A stretch of DNA of 64,000 nucleotides, from the NCBI GenBank assembly GCA_043803685.1, contig JAZDJU010000031.1, positions 1-64,000 on the forward strand, written 5' to 3'. The notes beneath the pieces were generated by a model. That model was not told the DNA's origin, ran no database searches, and saw only the letters and a program-made list of their open reading frames with translations. Shown here piece by piece: positions 38,927 through 48,352 of the stretch. The position numbers and the translations under genes are program-made. This DNA is from Candidatus Omnitrophota bacterium. Lineage in GTDB: Bacteria > Omnitrophota > Omnitrophia > Omnitrophales > Aquincolibacteriaceae. Each line of letters opens with the position of its first letter. Positions within the stretch are counted from its first letter, which is position 1.

Positions 38927-39607
38927 TTATTGGGCCGCGGCCTTTTGAGCTTTTCGGGCCTGCTTTGCGGCTTCCCGGCTCGCCTTTTCGGCTTCGCGTT
39001 GCTTTTTCTTGGCTTCTTTCTCAGCCTCGCGCTGTTTCTTCTTGGCTTCTCTTTCCGTCTCACGCTGCTTCTGCTTGGCCTCCTTCTCAAGTTCTCGCTG
39101 TTTCTTCCTGGATTCCCGTTCAAGCTCGCGCTGCGTTTTCTCAGCATCGCGCGCGGCCTTCAACTTTTGCTTCTCAGCTTCTCTCTCGGCTTTAAGTTTT
39201 TCCTTTTCAACATCTTTTCCGCCATCGAGCTTCTTCTCGGCCTTTCGAGCTTCGCGCTCGATTTCCCGTTCGGCTTTGCGAATCTCATTGCCTGTTTTCC
39301 GCGCGCCCTTTTCAGTCTCTTCCTTCACCTCTCGACCAGCCTTACGCATTTCACCTTCGACCTTGCGGGCGTCTTTGATGATCTCCTGCTGGGTCCCTTT
39401 GACGGTCTTCTCTGACATCAGCTCTTTGCCCGTCTTGCCCTTGGCTTCCAACCCTGGAGGAACATTCCCGGTCCAACCCTTCTTTTCCCCTTGAGTCCAA
39501 CCTTTGGGATCCGTGCTTTCTTTCTCTGCAAACGCCACGCTACCGTTCAGGCTAAGGCCTGCGATCAACGCACAAACGCACGTCAACTTCAGAATGCTGA
39601 TTTTCAT
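38927..39607 (-). CDS. Exported charged coiled-coil protein with PPGL motif
   Basis: Signal peptide; 'GWTQGEKKGW...VPPGLEAK'; 11-aa repeats 'KKKQREAEKEA'. Confidence 0.75.
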   Translation of the reverse strand: MKISILKLTCVCALIAGLSLNGSVAFAEKESTDPKGWTQGEKKGWTGNVPPGLEAKGKTGKELMSEKTVKGTQQEIIKDARKVEGEMRKAGREVKEETEKGARKTGNEIRKAEREIEREARKAEKKLDGGKDVEKEKLKAEREAEKQKLKAARDAEKTQRELERESRKKQRELEKEAKQKQRETEREAKKKQREAEKEAKKKQREAEKASREAAKQARKAQKAAAQ

Positions 39608-39629
39608 GGTCAGTCCCCTTTCGTTGGAG

Positions 39630-39845
39630 TTATTGGATCTGCTGTTTCTGTTTGGATGAACGAAGTTTCAGAAATCGCTCCACGGAGCGGTCGTAGGTTT
39701 TTTCAACAGCGTCCGGAAAATAACAGGCCGGCAGTTGATCCTGGGCCCGGTGGTAAGCCACGCACTCGCAACAAATCCCCTTGCGGGAGCAAGGTTCGTA
39801 CGAGCAATTACAGCGTTTTTTGTTAACTTCGATCTGACATTCCAT
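39630..39845 (-). CDS. Small Cys-rich protein (DUF6485-like)
   Basis: '[29 protein letters not shown]...TYDRS'; GAGG RBS. Confidence 0.8.
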   Translation of the reverse strand: MECQIEVNKKRCNCSYEPCSRKGICCECVAYHRAQDQLPACYFPDAVEKTYDRSVERFLKLRSSKQKQQIQ

Positions 39846-39875
39846 CGACAGGGTCACCTCGGATGGAAAAAAGAG

Positions 39876-40028
39876 TCGGGGTAGTAGGATTTGGCTCCTT
39901 CGGCTTTCGCCTCCGGTAGGCCACCCGCCCTTAGAAACGCAACGTCTGTTGCGTTTCCAAGCAAGGGCTCCCTTCAAATCCTACTAAACCGAAGGGGCAG
40001 GGTTCGCTTTTCGCTTACCCAGTCCCGA
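39876..40028 (-). repeat. Structured element ending in an 18-bp copy of the tRNA-Pro 3' end
   Basis: 39876-39893 is identical to 40060-40077; internal complement at 39975-39986; nested hairpins. Confidence 0.7.
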
Positions 40029-40059
40029 TACTCCTTAATACTTCTTTTCAAAATAGAAA

Positions 40060-40116
40060 TCGGGGTAGTAGGATTTGAACCTACGGTCTCTACGTCCCGA
40101 ACGTAGCGCGATACCA
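40060..40116 (-). tRNA. tRNA-Pro(CGG), 3' three-quarters only; 5' end disrupted
   Basis: tggta-tcgcg-ctacg-ttCGGga-cgtag-agacc-gtagg-ttcaaat-cctac-taccccg-a; no matching 5' acceptor or D strand upstream. Confidence 0.75.
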
Positions 40117-40188
40117 CACCAACTCTCTATGAGTTGGTGCGGCCCGTCACGCAATTTGAAATTGCTTGCGGGGTCGAAAACGGCGGGG

Positions 40189-40217
40189 ATTATATCACCC
40201 TCACGATGAGTATTCAA
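40189..40217 (-). promoter_or_regulatory. Sigma70-type promoter upstream of the tRNA locus
   Basis: TTGAAT (40217-40212), 17 bp, TATAAT (40194-40189). Confidence 0.65.
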
Positions 40218-40226
40218 TCAAAGGCG

Positions 40227-41984
40227 TCAGTTATTCTCGATCGCCAGGTCCGCGGTCGCGGCGATCTGCTCGGAGGTTAGGGACGGTACCATTTCTCTTT
40301 GGGGTTGCGTTCCCCGGGTCAAAAGCGCGGCCTCAATGACTTCCTTAAAAACAGGCGCCGCCACGGTCCCTCCATAATAGGCGGGCCTTGCTTCATCGAG
40401 TACGACCACCATCGCGTAGCGAGGATCGTCAGCCGGGGCAAAACCCACGAACGAAGACATGAACGCCGAATGGGAATAGCCTTTTCCTCCCGGGAGGATC
40501 TTCTGCGCGGTACCCGTCTTCCCCCCCACCGGGATGTTAGGGATCTTCGCCTTCGAGCCGGTGCCTCGGTCCACCACTTCCGTCAGGATCCTTCTCATCG
40601 TCGCGGCCGTGGCGGGCGTGATGACCCGACGTTTGACGATGGGTTTCTTTTCTTTAAGCGTCACACCCGCGGGGTCCTGGACCTTGGAAACGATGTAGGG
40701 CTTCACCAATGATCCTCCATTCGCGATGACGGACATGGCGGTCACCATCTGGAGCGCCGTGACCATGACCTCCTGTCCCATCGGAATATTGTAGGGAGAA
40801 GTCTTGGACCACTGGGAAGGCGGGCGCGTGTACCCGGGGGCTTCACCGGCCAAGTCGATACCCGTCGAGGCCCCAAAGCCAAAGCCAGTCACATAATTCT
40901 GGAATTTCTGCGCTCCCATTTTCAGAGCGATCTTCACGGTGCCGATATTGCTCGACTTCACGATCACTTCTTCCATGGGCAGCATGCCATACGGATGCAC
41001 GTCATGAAGCACTTTGTAACCGTAATTCCATTTCCCGTTCTCGCAATTGAACATCGTCTCCGGTGTGACCGTCCCATCGTTCAGCGCGCCGCTGGCCGCC
41101 ACGATCTTGAAGATCGAACCCGGCTCGTACATGTCCGTGACCGCCCGGTTGCGCTTGGCGTCCGCTCCCACATGGGCGTAATGATTGGGATCATACCCAG
41201 GTTGGTTCGCCATGGCCAGGATCTCCCCTGTCTTGGGGTCCATCAGGACCGCCCACGCGGCCTTAGCCTTCCATTGCTTGAAGGCCTTTTCAAGCGCCTT
41301 CTCGGTCAGATATTGAAGATGCTGGTCAATGGTAAGCACAATGCGGTTCCCGTCGACCACCGGCAAACTTTTAATTTCAAACGCCTTGATCTCCCGTCCT
41401 TTGGCATCGCGTTGGGTCACACGTTTCCCAGCACGGCCGCGAAGATCAGTGTCCATGGACCTTTCGATCCCCTCCATGCCCTGATTATCCACGGTCGAAA
41501 ATCCGAGCACCTGGGCCAGCATCGTCCCCTGGGGATAGAACCTTTTGTATTCTTCCAAAATACCCAGCTCCGGGCACTGAAGTTTCGCGATCTTGTCAGC
41601 TTCCTCAAAAGTCACGCGCCGCTTGAGCCACACGAACGACTTGTCCCGGCTCAGACGTTCGAGGACCCATTTCCGGTCAAGACCCAGGATCTTCGCGATG
41701 TCCCGGCTAAGCTCGACGCGCTCCTCGGCCTTCAGAACACGCGGCACCGCATAGATGGACGGGATCTTCAGATTAGTGACGAACTCTTTTCCGTTACGGT
41801 CCGTGATCGGACCGCGCAGCGGCGGCACATCGACCGTCAAATAATGCTGACGGTGCGCCAGGGCGAGAAGCGACGGCTGATGGAACCAGGTCAGTTGAAC
41901 GATCTGATAGATGACCAGACCGAACAAAGTGAACAGAAGAATATAGAGGAACCAGAACCGACGCGGTGAAAGCACCGCGCGCAT
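40227..41984 (-). CDS. ftsI: Penicillin-binding protein 3 (division transpeptidase)
   Basis: 'RGPITDRNG', 'YEPGSIFK' SxxK, 'SSN', 'KTGTAQ'; dcw context. Confidence 0.92.
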   Translation of the reverse strand: MRAVLSPRRFWFLYILLFTLFGLVIYQIVQLTWFHQPSLLALAHRQHYLTVDVPPLRGPITDRNGKEFVTNLKIPSIYAVPRVLKAEERVELSRDIAKILGLDRKWVLERLSRDKSFVWLKRRVTFEEADKIAKLQCPELGILEEYKRFYPQGTMLAQVLGFSTVDNQGMEGIERSMDTDLRGRAGKRVTQRDAKGREIKAFEIKSLPVVDGNRIVLTIDQHLQYLTEKALEKAFKQWKAKAAWAVLMDPKTGEILAMANQPGYDPNHYAHVGADAKRNRAVTDMYEPGSIFKIVAASGALNDGTVTPETMFNCENGKWNYGYKVLHDVHPYGMLPMEEVIVKSSNIGTVKIALKMGAQKFQNYVTGFGFGASTGIDLAGEAPGYTRPPSQWSKTSPYNIPMGQEVMVTALQMVTAMSVIANGGSLVKPYIVSKVQDPAGVTLKEKKPIVKRRVITPATAATMRRILTEVVDRGTGSKAKIPNIPVGGKTGTAQKILPGGKGYSHSAFMSSFVGFAPADDPRYAMVVVLDEARPAYYGGTVAAPVFKEVIEAALLTRGTQPQREMVPSLTSEQIAATADLAIENN

Positions 41985-41987
41985 TTT

Positions 41988-42380
41988 TTAGGAGGAAAGA
42001 TCGGTCTTGGCCTGGGCCGTTTGGATCCACCGGCCAAGGAAACTGGAAACCTCGGAGGACAAAGTCCGCGACACCTTTTGCGTGGGTGCCGCGGAAAGCA
42101 TGATCCCCGAGACCGGAGGGACTTCCACGATCTGCACCTTGTTGGGGATCGCAAGCTCCATGTCATGGCGTTTCATTTTGGCTTCAAGAAGGCGGGGGGC
42201 TCTCAACTGATCGACCTTGAACTGGAATTTTCTTAAAAGCTCCTCTTTGGCGGCAAGGGCGCGGGAACTTCTGTGGATGTCGATGGAGACAAGCACCGAG
42301 GCGATCTGCAGATGCACATAAAAAAGCATCGAGAGGGTGAAGACCGCGATAAGGATGAGGATTTTTCCGCTACCCTTCAT
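41988..42380 (-). CDS. ftsL: FtsL-like cell division protein
   Basis: TM segment + coiled coil; position between rsmH and ftsI. Confidence 0.65.
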   Translation of the reverse strand: MKGSGKILILIAVFTLSMLFYVHLQIASVLVSIDIHRSSRALAAKEELLRKFQFKVDQLRAPRLLEAKMKRHDMELAIPNKVQIVEVPPVSGIMLSAAPTQKVSRTLSSEVSSFLGRWIQTAQAKTDLSS

Positions 42381-43285
42381 GATATTTTTTCGATCACTCT
42401 CAGTTTGGCGCTTCTGGCTCTCGGATTATTCAATATTTCCGTACGATTTGCAACCACGGGTTTGCGAAAAACAAGATTGCCGAGCTCTTCATCGTCCCAC
42501 TTCCGGAATTGCTGCTTGACGATCCGGTCCTCGATCGAATGAAAGCTGATGATCCCAAGCCGTCCGCCCTTCCCAAGGTGATCGAACGCAGCGGCCGCGC
42601 CTTCCTTCAGCGCTTCCAGCTCGTCGTTCACGCCGATCCTGAGAGCTTGGTACACTTTGGTGGCGGGATTCCGCCTCGCCCACGAAGGACGATGCCCTTT
42701 TTTGAAACGCAAGTGAGCCGGCAGTGCCTCTTCCAAGGTCTGGTTGAGGTCTTCGATCGTACGGATAGGCCGCTGGCGCCGCGCTTCGACGATCACCCGG
42801 GCAAAACGCCGTGAATGGTGTTCTTCGCCGTAATGATAGAAAAGATCCGCGAGCGCGACCTCGGACATCTGCGCTATCAGCTCTGAAGCTTTCAGACCGA
42901 CTTCCGGGTTCATTCGCATATCCAAGTCTCCGTCTGTTTGGAAACTGAAACCGCGCTTCCCATCCGCTAACTGCTCCGACGAGGTCCCGATATCCAGAAG
43001 CACCGTGTCGAACGCTGTGACTCCCAACCCCGAAAAAACCTTATTCAAATTCCTGAAGTTCTCGTGGACCAAGGTGACCCGCGGATCCTCCTGGAATAAT
43101 TTCTGACATCGCGCGATCGCCTCAGGGTCCTGATCGAAACCGACCAACTTCCCCGAAGGACCGATCACTTTGAGGATCGCTTCCGAATGCCCCCCGCTCC
43201 CGAGGGTCCCGTCCATGACCACCGCCCCCGGCTTAAAGGCCAGATGCTCGAGGACTTCCTGTAAAAGAACAGGGTTATGCCGCAA
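42377..43285 (-). CDS. rsmH: 16S rRNA m4C1402 methyltransferase
   Basis: 'HNPVLL', 'DGTLGSGGHS', 'RGFSF..DGDLDMRM', 'QALRIGVNDEL', 'NPRARSAKLR'; TTG start inferred. Confidence 0.95.
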   Translation of the reverse strand: MRHNPVLLQEVLEHLAFKPGAVVMDGTLGSGGHSEAILKVIGPSGKLVGFDQDPEAIARCQKLFQEDPRVTLVHENFRNLNKVFSGLGVTAFDTVLLDIGTSSEQLADGKRGFSFQTDGDLDMRMNPEVGLKASELIAQMSEVALADLFYHYGEEHHSRRFARVIVEARRQRPIRTIEDLNQTLEEALPAHLRFKKGHRPSWARRNPATKVYQALRIGVNDELEALKEGAAAAFDHLGKGGRLGIISFHSIEDRIVKQQFRKWDDEELGNLVFRKPVVANRTEILNNPRARSAKLRVIEKIS

Positions 43286-43613
43286 AGCTGAGGATCGCCT
43301 CTTCTTCCGTCGAATAACTTTCAATGAGACCGTTGACGCCGATCATCTGAAAGGTCTTTTCGACTTCGGGCCGCAGATTGCACAATTTGATGTCCCCCTT
43401 TTGCTCGCGCACCTTGCGCAGGCGGTCGACGAGGATACCGACTCCGGCGAGTTCCACGTGCTTCGTATCTTTCAGATCCAGCAAAAGACGCTTGTGGTTC
43501 TTGTTCATCAAACGATTCATGCGCCCCTTCATCTTGATCATGCTAAGAGCATCAAGATCCCCGTTAAAACGCAACACATCGACCCCGATCTTCGTTCTGG
43601 CGTGATAGACCAT
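43275..43613 (-). CDS. STAS-domain (anti-anti-sigma-like) protein
   Basis: 'GDLDA', 'LLLDLKDTKHVELAGVGIL', 'GDIKLCNLRPEV'; AGGAG RBS. Confidence 0.88.
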   Translation of the reverse strand: MVYHARTKIGVDVLRFNGDLDALSMIKMKGRMNRLMNKNHKRLLLDLKDTKHVELAGVGILVDRLRKVREQKGDIKLCNLRPEVEKTFQMIGVNGLIESYSTEEEAILSFAA

Positions 43614-43626
43614 AAAAGCTCCTTTG

Positions 43627-44064
43627 TTATTCTGCCGCTAATTTTTCCGCGAGTTCTTCGAAATGATTTTTGTGCTGATCAAAAAAACCTTGCCACTTCT
43701 CCTTCGCCCAAATTTCGATGCGACTTGAAACGCCGACGATCATGACGTCCGTCTTGACGTCGGCATAGGTCTTGAGATAGTCCGGGATCAGGATCCTCCC
43801 CTGTTTGTCGCAAATGACTTCGGAGGCGCCTGAGAAGAAAAGCCGGTTGAAAGTTCGGGATTCGGCTTTTGTAAAAGGCATGTCGCGGAACTTCTTTTCT
43901 TCCAGCTTCCACTGCTCTTCCGTGAAAACGAACAGACATTGATCAAGACCGCGGGTGATGAAAAAACGCTCCACATAGCGTTCCTTAAAGATCTCGCGGA
44001 ACTTGGCAGGGATCATGACGCGGCTTTTAGCATCAATCACATGTTCGAATTCACCGTAAAACAT
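43627..44064 (-). CDS. mraZ: Division/cell wall cluster repressor MraZ
   Basis: 'MFYGEFEHVIDAKSRVMIPAKFR', 'TRGLDQCL', 'DKQGRILIP', 'RIEIW'. Confidence 0.96.
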   Translation of the reverse strand: MFYGEFEHVIDAKSRVMIPAKFREIFKERYVERFFITRGLDQCLFVFTEEQWKLEEKKFRDMPFTKAESRTFNRLFFSGASEVICDKQGRILIPDYLKTYADVKTDVMIVGVSSRIEIWAKEKWQGFFDQHKNHFEELAEKLAAE

Positions 44065-44086
44065 GGATCTTCTTTCCTTTCAGGGT

Positions 44087-44115
44087 TCCCACCTTCTACC
44101 ACTTTGCCCCACTTT
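44087..44115 (-). promoter_or_regulatory. MraZ binding boxes (three GTGG at 10-bp period)
   Basis: Minus strand aaaGTGGggcaaaGTGGtagaagGTGGga upstream of mraZ. Confidence 0.8.
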
Positions 44116-44323
44116 ATTATCGGCGGCAGTATATGTTTCCATTAATAGGGTGTCAATGTTCTTTTTTATAGGGAACCCGAGAAATATAGAGACACACCAT
44201 CCGAAGTGTTTTTTGTGCGGGGGACCACAAGATAAGGGGAGAAAAAAAGGCCGGGCTAGAACAAGCTAAATGGGGTTTTACAAAATAATGATACTGAAAG
44301 GAACAGCGGCAATCGATGAACTT

Positions 44324-45043
44324 CTACTGGTTTTCGATGTAGAGGATGCGGGAACAGTTCTCACAAACGATGATCTGCTGACCGAGCCGGATCTCGTTAA
44401 TAAGTTGCGGACGTAATTGCATTTGGCAGGCAGCGCAAACTTCACCATGCACGACCGCAAGTGCCAACCCTTGTTTTTTGAGGGCGATCCGGTTGTAAAG
44501 CTCTTTGAGCTCGGGAGGAAGTACCGCCACGGATTCTTCGCGCTGTTTCTGCAGGTCCCCGAGACGTCCCTGCAAAGTCTTTTCCTGCGTAGTCATTGCA
44601 TTGTCCCGGTCCTGAAAAGATTTTGTCACAGAAACCAATTTCTCTTTTTCCTTACGCGTCTCTTCTTTGGCAGCATCCACTTCATCCATAATGTGAATGA
44701 TCCCTTCTTCAAGAAGAGAATTGTCGGCTTTCAAAGAAGCGATCTCCTGCTGAAGCGCGGCATATTCCTTGTTCGTCTTCACCTGGGAGAGCTGCCCATC
44801 GAGCTTCTTGATCTGCATCTCTTTTTGCCCGAGCTCCAACTCTTTTTCCTTCTGCTTCAGCTGAATGTCTTTAAGGGACTTCTCCAGATCGTTCAGATGA
44901 GTCTTTTCGAGTTCGAGTTCTGACTTGAGTTGGACCCTCTGCGAGGGGATCTCTTCCAAGCGGACCTTGGCGTGATGGATCTCACTGTCCAATTGCTGGG
45001 CTTTTTTCAGAGCATCAAGATTCTGGGTAACAGGGCTTAGCAT
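44324..45043 (-). CDS. Coiled-coil C4 zinc-ribbon protein (DUF164 family)
   Basis: 'QQLDSEI', 'VKTNKEYAAL..EI', 'CAACQM...CENCSRILY'. Confidence 0.9.
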   Translation of the reverse strand: MLSPVTQNLDALKKAQQLDSEIHHAKVRLEEIPSQRVQLKSELELEKTHLNDLEKSLKDIQLKQKEKELELGQKEMQIKKLDGQLSQVKTNKEYAALQQEIASLKADNSLLEEGIIHIMDEVDAAKEETRKEKEKLVSVTKSFQDRDNAMTTQEKTLQGRLGDLQKQREESVAVLPPELKELYNRIALKKQGLALAVVHGEVCAACQMQLRPQLINEIRLGQQIIVCENCSRILYIENQ

Positions 45044-45215
45044 AAGTAGGAGGGATTATAGAAGAGATGGCAGGCACCATCAAGGAGAAATACGAGAAAA
45101 TACGAGTACTGTATTATGAAACCCTAAATCAAACCGCGGTTCCCGTTGTAAAGGAAAAAGATGGGGCTATAATAACCTCTGTCATAAATACGATCTTCTA
45201 TCTTAGGGCAATGGC

Positions 45216-46217
45216 ATGATGACGATCCGCCAGGAAAAGTTACGCCAAAGGTTCGCCGCGTTCCGGTCGAAATTCGCCGGACACATGCAAAGAATCCGTC
45301 CCCGTGTCGCGTTCAAGATCCTCGCCGGCATCCTACTGTTATTTCCATGGATGGTCGCCTCGCTGGTCGCGAGCTTTCTAAGGGTAGGGCACTGGCGCAA
45401 GATCGCAACGTGCCGGACTTTCCTCAAACGTCACGCGCTCGCCTTTGACGGCATCGATCCAGAAATGCTCACCGTAGAATCGGTCTCGGGAGGCGTTAGC
45501 AATTCCAATCAGATATGGCAATGCCGAAAAACCTCCGGAGAAGAGATCCGCTATTTCGTGAAGATCTTTCTTGATGCTGGGAGTTTCTGGGCCAAACACC
45601 TGAGTTTCGTAAGCCCCTTCCCTTCCATCTACGGCGGCAAGGTCCACGAACGTTTTACCGTGGACATGGTCAGCCGCGTCCAGCTCGAAAAGATCGGCGT
45701 CCCGGTCCCGCGCCTCGTCGCTTACGACGCTGTCGAAAAAGTCATGGTGACTGAGCACATCGAGGGAGAAACAGTCGATTCGATCCTGGAACGCATCGGA
45801 GAACGCGCGGCCCTGGGGCCCGGGGACGAAGCCGTCGTCCGCCAGTGCGCGATTGGGTTGGCCAGGATCCACCGGGCGGGTTTTTCTCTGATCGACACCC
45901 AACCCGTCAATTGCATCTGGGTTCCGGTGGAACAGAAGGTCTATTTCACAGATCTGGAATTCTGCAGTTCCCAGGACAAACGGGTTTGGGATATCGGATT
46001 TTTTCTGTGCTTCATCGCCGTGAGGCTTTCAGGTACCGTACGGCAGGAGGTACGCAATATTTTCCTGGAAAGTTATCAGAAGGAACGTCAGATCGACCTT
46101 GCCCAAGTCGCGGAAACCGGCCGCCAGCTCCAGGAATATATGCCAGTCTTTCAGGCGATCCTGGATATCCGCCGTTTCACGCCCGAGGAACTTTTCGAAG
46201 GTCTTATTTCCACGTAA
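45216..46217 (+). CDS. Protein-kinase-like phosphotransferase (Bud32/Kdo/RIO-like)
   Basis: 'YFVK', 'GVPVPRL', 'VTEHIEG', 'IHRAGFSLIDTQPVN', 'TDLE'. Confidence 0.7.
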   Translation: MMTIRQEKLRQRFAAFRSKFAGHMQRIRPRVAFKILAGILLLFPWMVASLVASFLRVGHWRKIATCRTFLKRHALAFDGIDPEMLTVESVSGGVSNSNQIWQCRKTSGEEIRYFVKIFLDAGSFWAKHLSFVSPFPSIYGGKVHERFTVDMVSRVQLEKIGVPVPRLVAYDAVEKVMVTEHIEGETVDSILERIGERAALGPGDEAVVRQCAIGLARIHRAGFSLIDTQPVNCIWVPVEQKVYFTDLEFCSSQDKRVWDIGFFLCFIAVRLSGTVRQEVRNIFLESYQKERQIDLAQVAETGRQLQEYMPVFQAILDIRRFTPEELFEGLIST

Positions 46218-46285
46218 CCTCGTACGGAGTGCGGCGAGGAAAGTTTGCACGCCGCACGCACAACGCCGCACACCTTACGAACTTG

Positions 46286-46750
46286 TTAAAAATCAACGCC
46301 GAGCCATTCCACCCATTGCTGTTTCCTGGGGAACGCAAGCCAAAAACCCGTCAGAGCCACAACGGCGAACGGTATAAAATCATGCGGCTGTCGTCCCAGG
46401 AAAACAAGAAGCATCCCCAGGAGAAGCGGAAGCTCAGCCCCAGCGCTCATCAGGATCGTTCTCACGAGAAGTCTTTGAACCGGACGTTCCGTGCTGGGTA
46501 GGGACGCGGGAACTGCATCGAATGCCCGGCGGCTCAATTGTTGCATCATGAAGATCCCGATGACCGAAACAACCAACGCCCCGTACTTGGCGAGCGGATA
46601 AGTCTGAGCGTTCAGGATCGCGGGCCCCGACTTCCCCATTTGGATCAAATAGTATCCGACCACGCCGTACGCCACGACGGAAAACGCCATAGCGATCGTC
46701 ATCATCCGCGCTTGCGCGTAGAACCTTTTTGCCGTTTCTGCCCGGTCCAT
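46286..46750 (-). CDS. Hypothetical 4-TM membrane protein
   Basis: Four hydrophobic segments; AGGAG RBS. Confidence 0.7.
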   Translation of the reverse strand: MDRAETAKRFYAQARMMTIAMAFSVVAYGVVGYYLIQMGKSGPAILNAQTYPLAKYGALVVSVIGIFMMQQLSRRAFDAVPASLPSTERPVQRLLVRTILMSAGAELPLLLGMLLVFLGRQPHDFIPFAVVALTGFWLAFPRKQQWVEWLGVDF

Positions 46751-46787
46751 GAACCGTTTCTCCTTGGGTTAAAAACGTTGAGTGTCC

Positions 46788-47186
46788 TTAGAATTTATGC
46801 CCCCGCCATTCTCCGGGAGGTCCATTCTTTTCCAGCTTCCCGTTCTCATCATAAAATTTAGCGACATGCTCCGGAAGCCCGTTCTTATATACTTCCTCGA
46901 ATCTCACCTGGCCATTCTCATGATAATCCTTGAAGACCCCGTGGAGCGTGCCATCCTTGTAAAACGTCTCACCTTTAAGCCGGCCACTTTTATAATACCA
47001 CCGGGACGGTCCGTCAAGCTGTCCGTCCCTGTAGAACTCCTCATTTTTTAATTGGCCATTGGGATAATACTCCCGGTACGGCCCGTCCTGAACATCGCAT
47101 CCACCGAGACCGAACAACGTCACCAGGGTCACGATCCCCAGGATCACACCTGCGAGCAGAAACACCTTTTTGAGATTCACTCTCAC
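46788..47186 (-). CDS. MORN-variant repeat protein
   Basis: 'YYPNGQLK', 'YYKSGRLK', 'YHENGQVR', 'YDENGKLE'. Confidence 0.85.
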   Translation of the reverse strand: MRVNLKKVFLLAGVILGIVTLVTLFGLGGCDVQDGPYREYYPNGQLKNEEFYRDGQLDGPSRWYYKSGRLKGETFYKDGTLHGVFKDYHENGQVRFEEVYKNGLPEHVAKFYDENGKLEKNGPPGEWRGHKF

Positions 47187-48331
47187 AGCGGCTTCCCCAA
47201 ATCCGGATTCTCAAGAATGCTGCCATAATGAAAAATGGCACAGAGCCCGACCTCCGATTCTTCACATATCCGGAATTCTTTTTCGAAGATCTCCGGTGAA
47301 CGCACAAACTTATAAGCCCCGACCCCCAGATACATTCGTCCAAGGTCCTTCACTTTTGTCTTGGCGACTTCGGTCCAGCGTTCATATTCCACCGGATCCG
47401 GAGAATAATTCATGACTGTCACGAAATCCACAAGACCGCGATTCACCCAGGAAGGCCAATCCTGAAAAGCCTCGAAAAGCGCCCGCTCATAGGACATGCA
47501 CCCCGTTGCGGAAACCCGGATCCGGGGACGGATATCCCGCGCCTTTTGGATACAAAGCCCCAAGAGCTCCGTCACCTGAGCTCGTTTCCAATCCCCCCAG
47601 GCCCGGCTCCCCTCCCGGATCTTTTTGAGCCGGGTTGTTTTCTTGAAACGTTCCATGTTGATCGGCGTATAACCGTACCGCGGATGAGCGTCCGGATATC
47701 GGATATAATCAAACTGAAGGCCGTCCAGGTCCGGATATGTCCTGACGATCTCCCCCACCATCGTGACTAGTTCCTGACGGACCCGCGTATCCCCCGGCTC
47801 GAGAAAATACTGGTTATCGATCTTGTAGTCCTGGAGCGTCTTTTTTTCTTCAAGATTCCGCGTCAGGATGTCCGGCCCATATTTTTTAAGGAGCGGCGCG
47901 TCTTCATTCTCGCTCAAACTCAGCATGTTGAGCCAGGCATGAACCTCGATCCCGGCGTTATGCGCCTCCCGGATCAAGAGCGCGAAAGGATCTTCTCCGA
48001 GCGTTTTAAGAACCGCTTCATACGGCGCGGGATCCCCCACCGTGGAAGGGAACCAGGTCTTATTGGCGCGATAGATCTGGACGAAGAGGGTCTTGATGCG
48101 CGCTTCCTTCGCGAAACGGATCAGTTCCATGAGGGTCTCGCGACTCGAAAGCGTCGGCGGGTTCTGGATCAACGAAACAAAAAGACCGCGAGAAGAAGAC
48201 GTCCTTCGGGGCAGGTTTTCGATGTCTTTCTGTGACGCGCCTAAATCGTGGGATCCCGGGGTTTCACACTTGGCCGGAACCTGGAAAAGTGTTAAGAGAC
48301 ACAAAAGAAGGATCGGTATTTTTTTCTTCAC
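47183..48331 (-). CDS. GHL10 (DUF187) glycosyl hydrolase-like exported protein
   Basis: 'IREAHNAGIEVHAWLN', 'DGLQFDYIRYP', 'QDWPSW..GLVDFV..MNY'. Confidence 0.85.
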   Translation of the reverse strand: MKKKIPILLLCLLTLFQVPAKCETPGSHDLGASQKDIENLPRRTSSSRGLFVSLIQNPPTLSSRETLMELIRFAKEARIKTLFVQIYRANKTWFPSTVGDPAPYEAVLKTLGEDPFALLIREAHNAGIEVHAWLNMLSLSENEDAPLLKKYGPDILTRNLEEKKTLQDYKIDNQYFLEPGDTRVRQELVTMVGEIVRTYPDLDGLQFDYIRYPDAHPRYGYTPINMERFKKTTRLKKIREGSRAWGDWKRAQVTELLGLCIQKARDIRPRIRVSATGCMSYERALFEAFQDWPSWVNRGLVDFVTVMNYSPDPVEYERWTEVAKTKVKDLGRMYLGVGAYKFVRSPEIFEKEFRICEESEVGLCAIFHYGSILENPDLGKPL

Positions 48332-48352
48332 AAGAGGAGTTCCATCGTTCTA

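Noticed and set aside
38927..39400. 33-bp periodic DNA repeat
   Set aside because: Explained by the 11-aa coiled-coil repeats of the encoded protein
46788..47186. YwqK-type antitoxin of a toxin-antitoxin pair
   Set aside because: Generic MORN-variant repeats with a signal or lipoprotein-like N-terminus; no toxin gene adjacent
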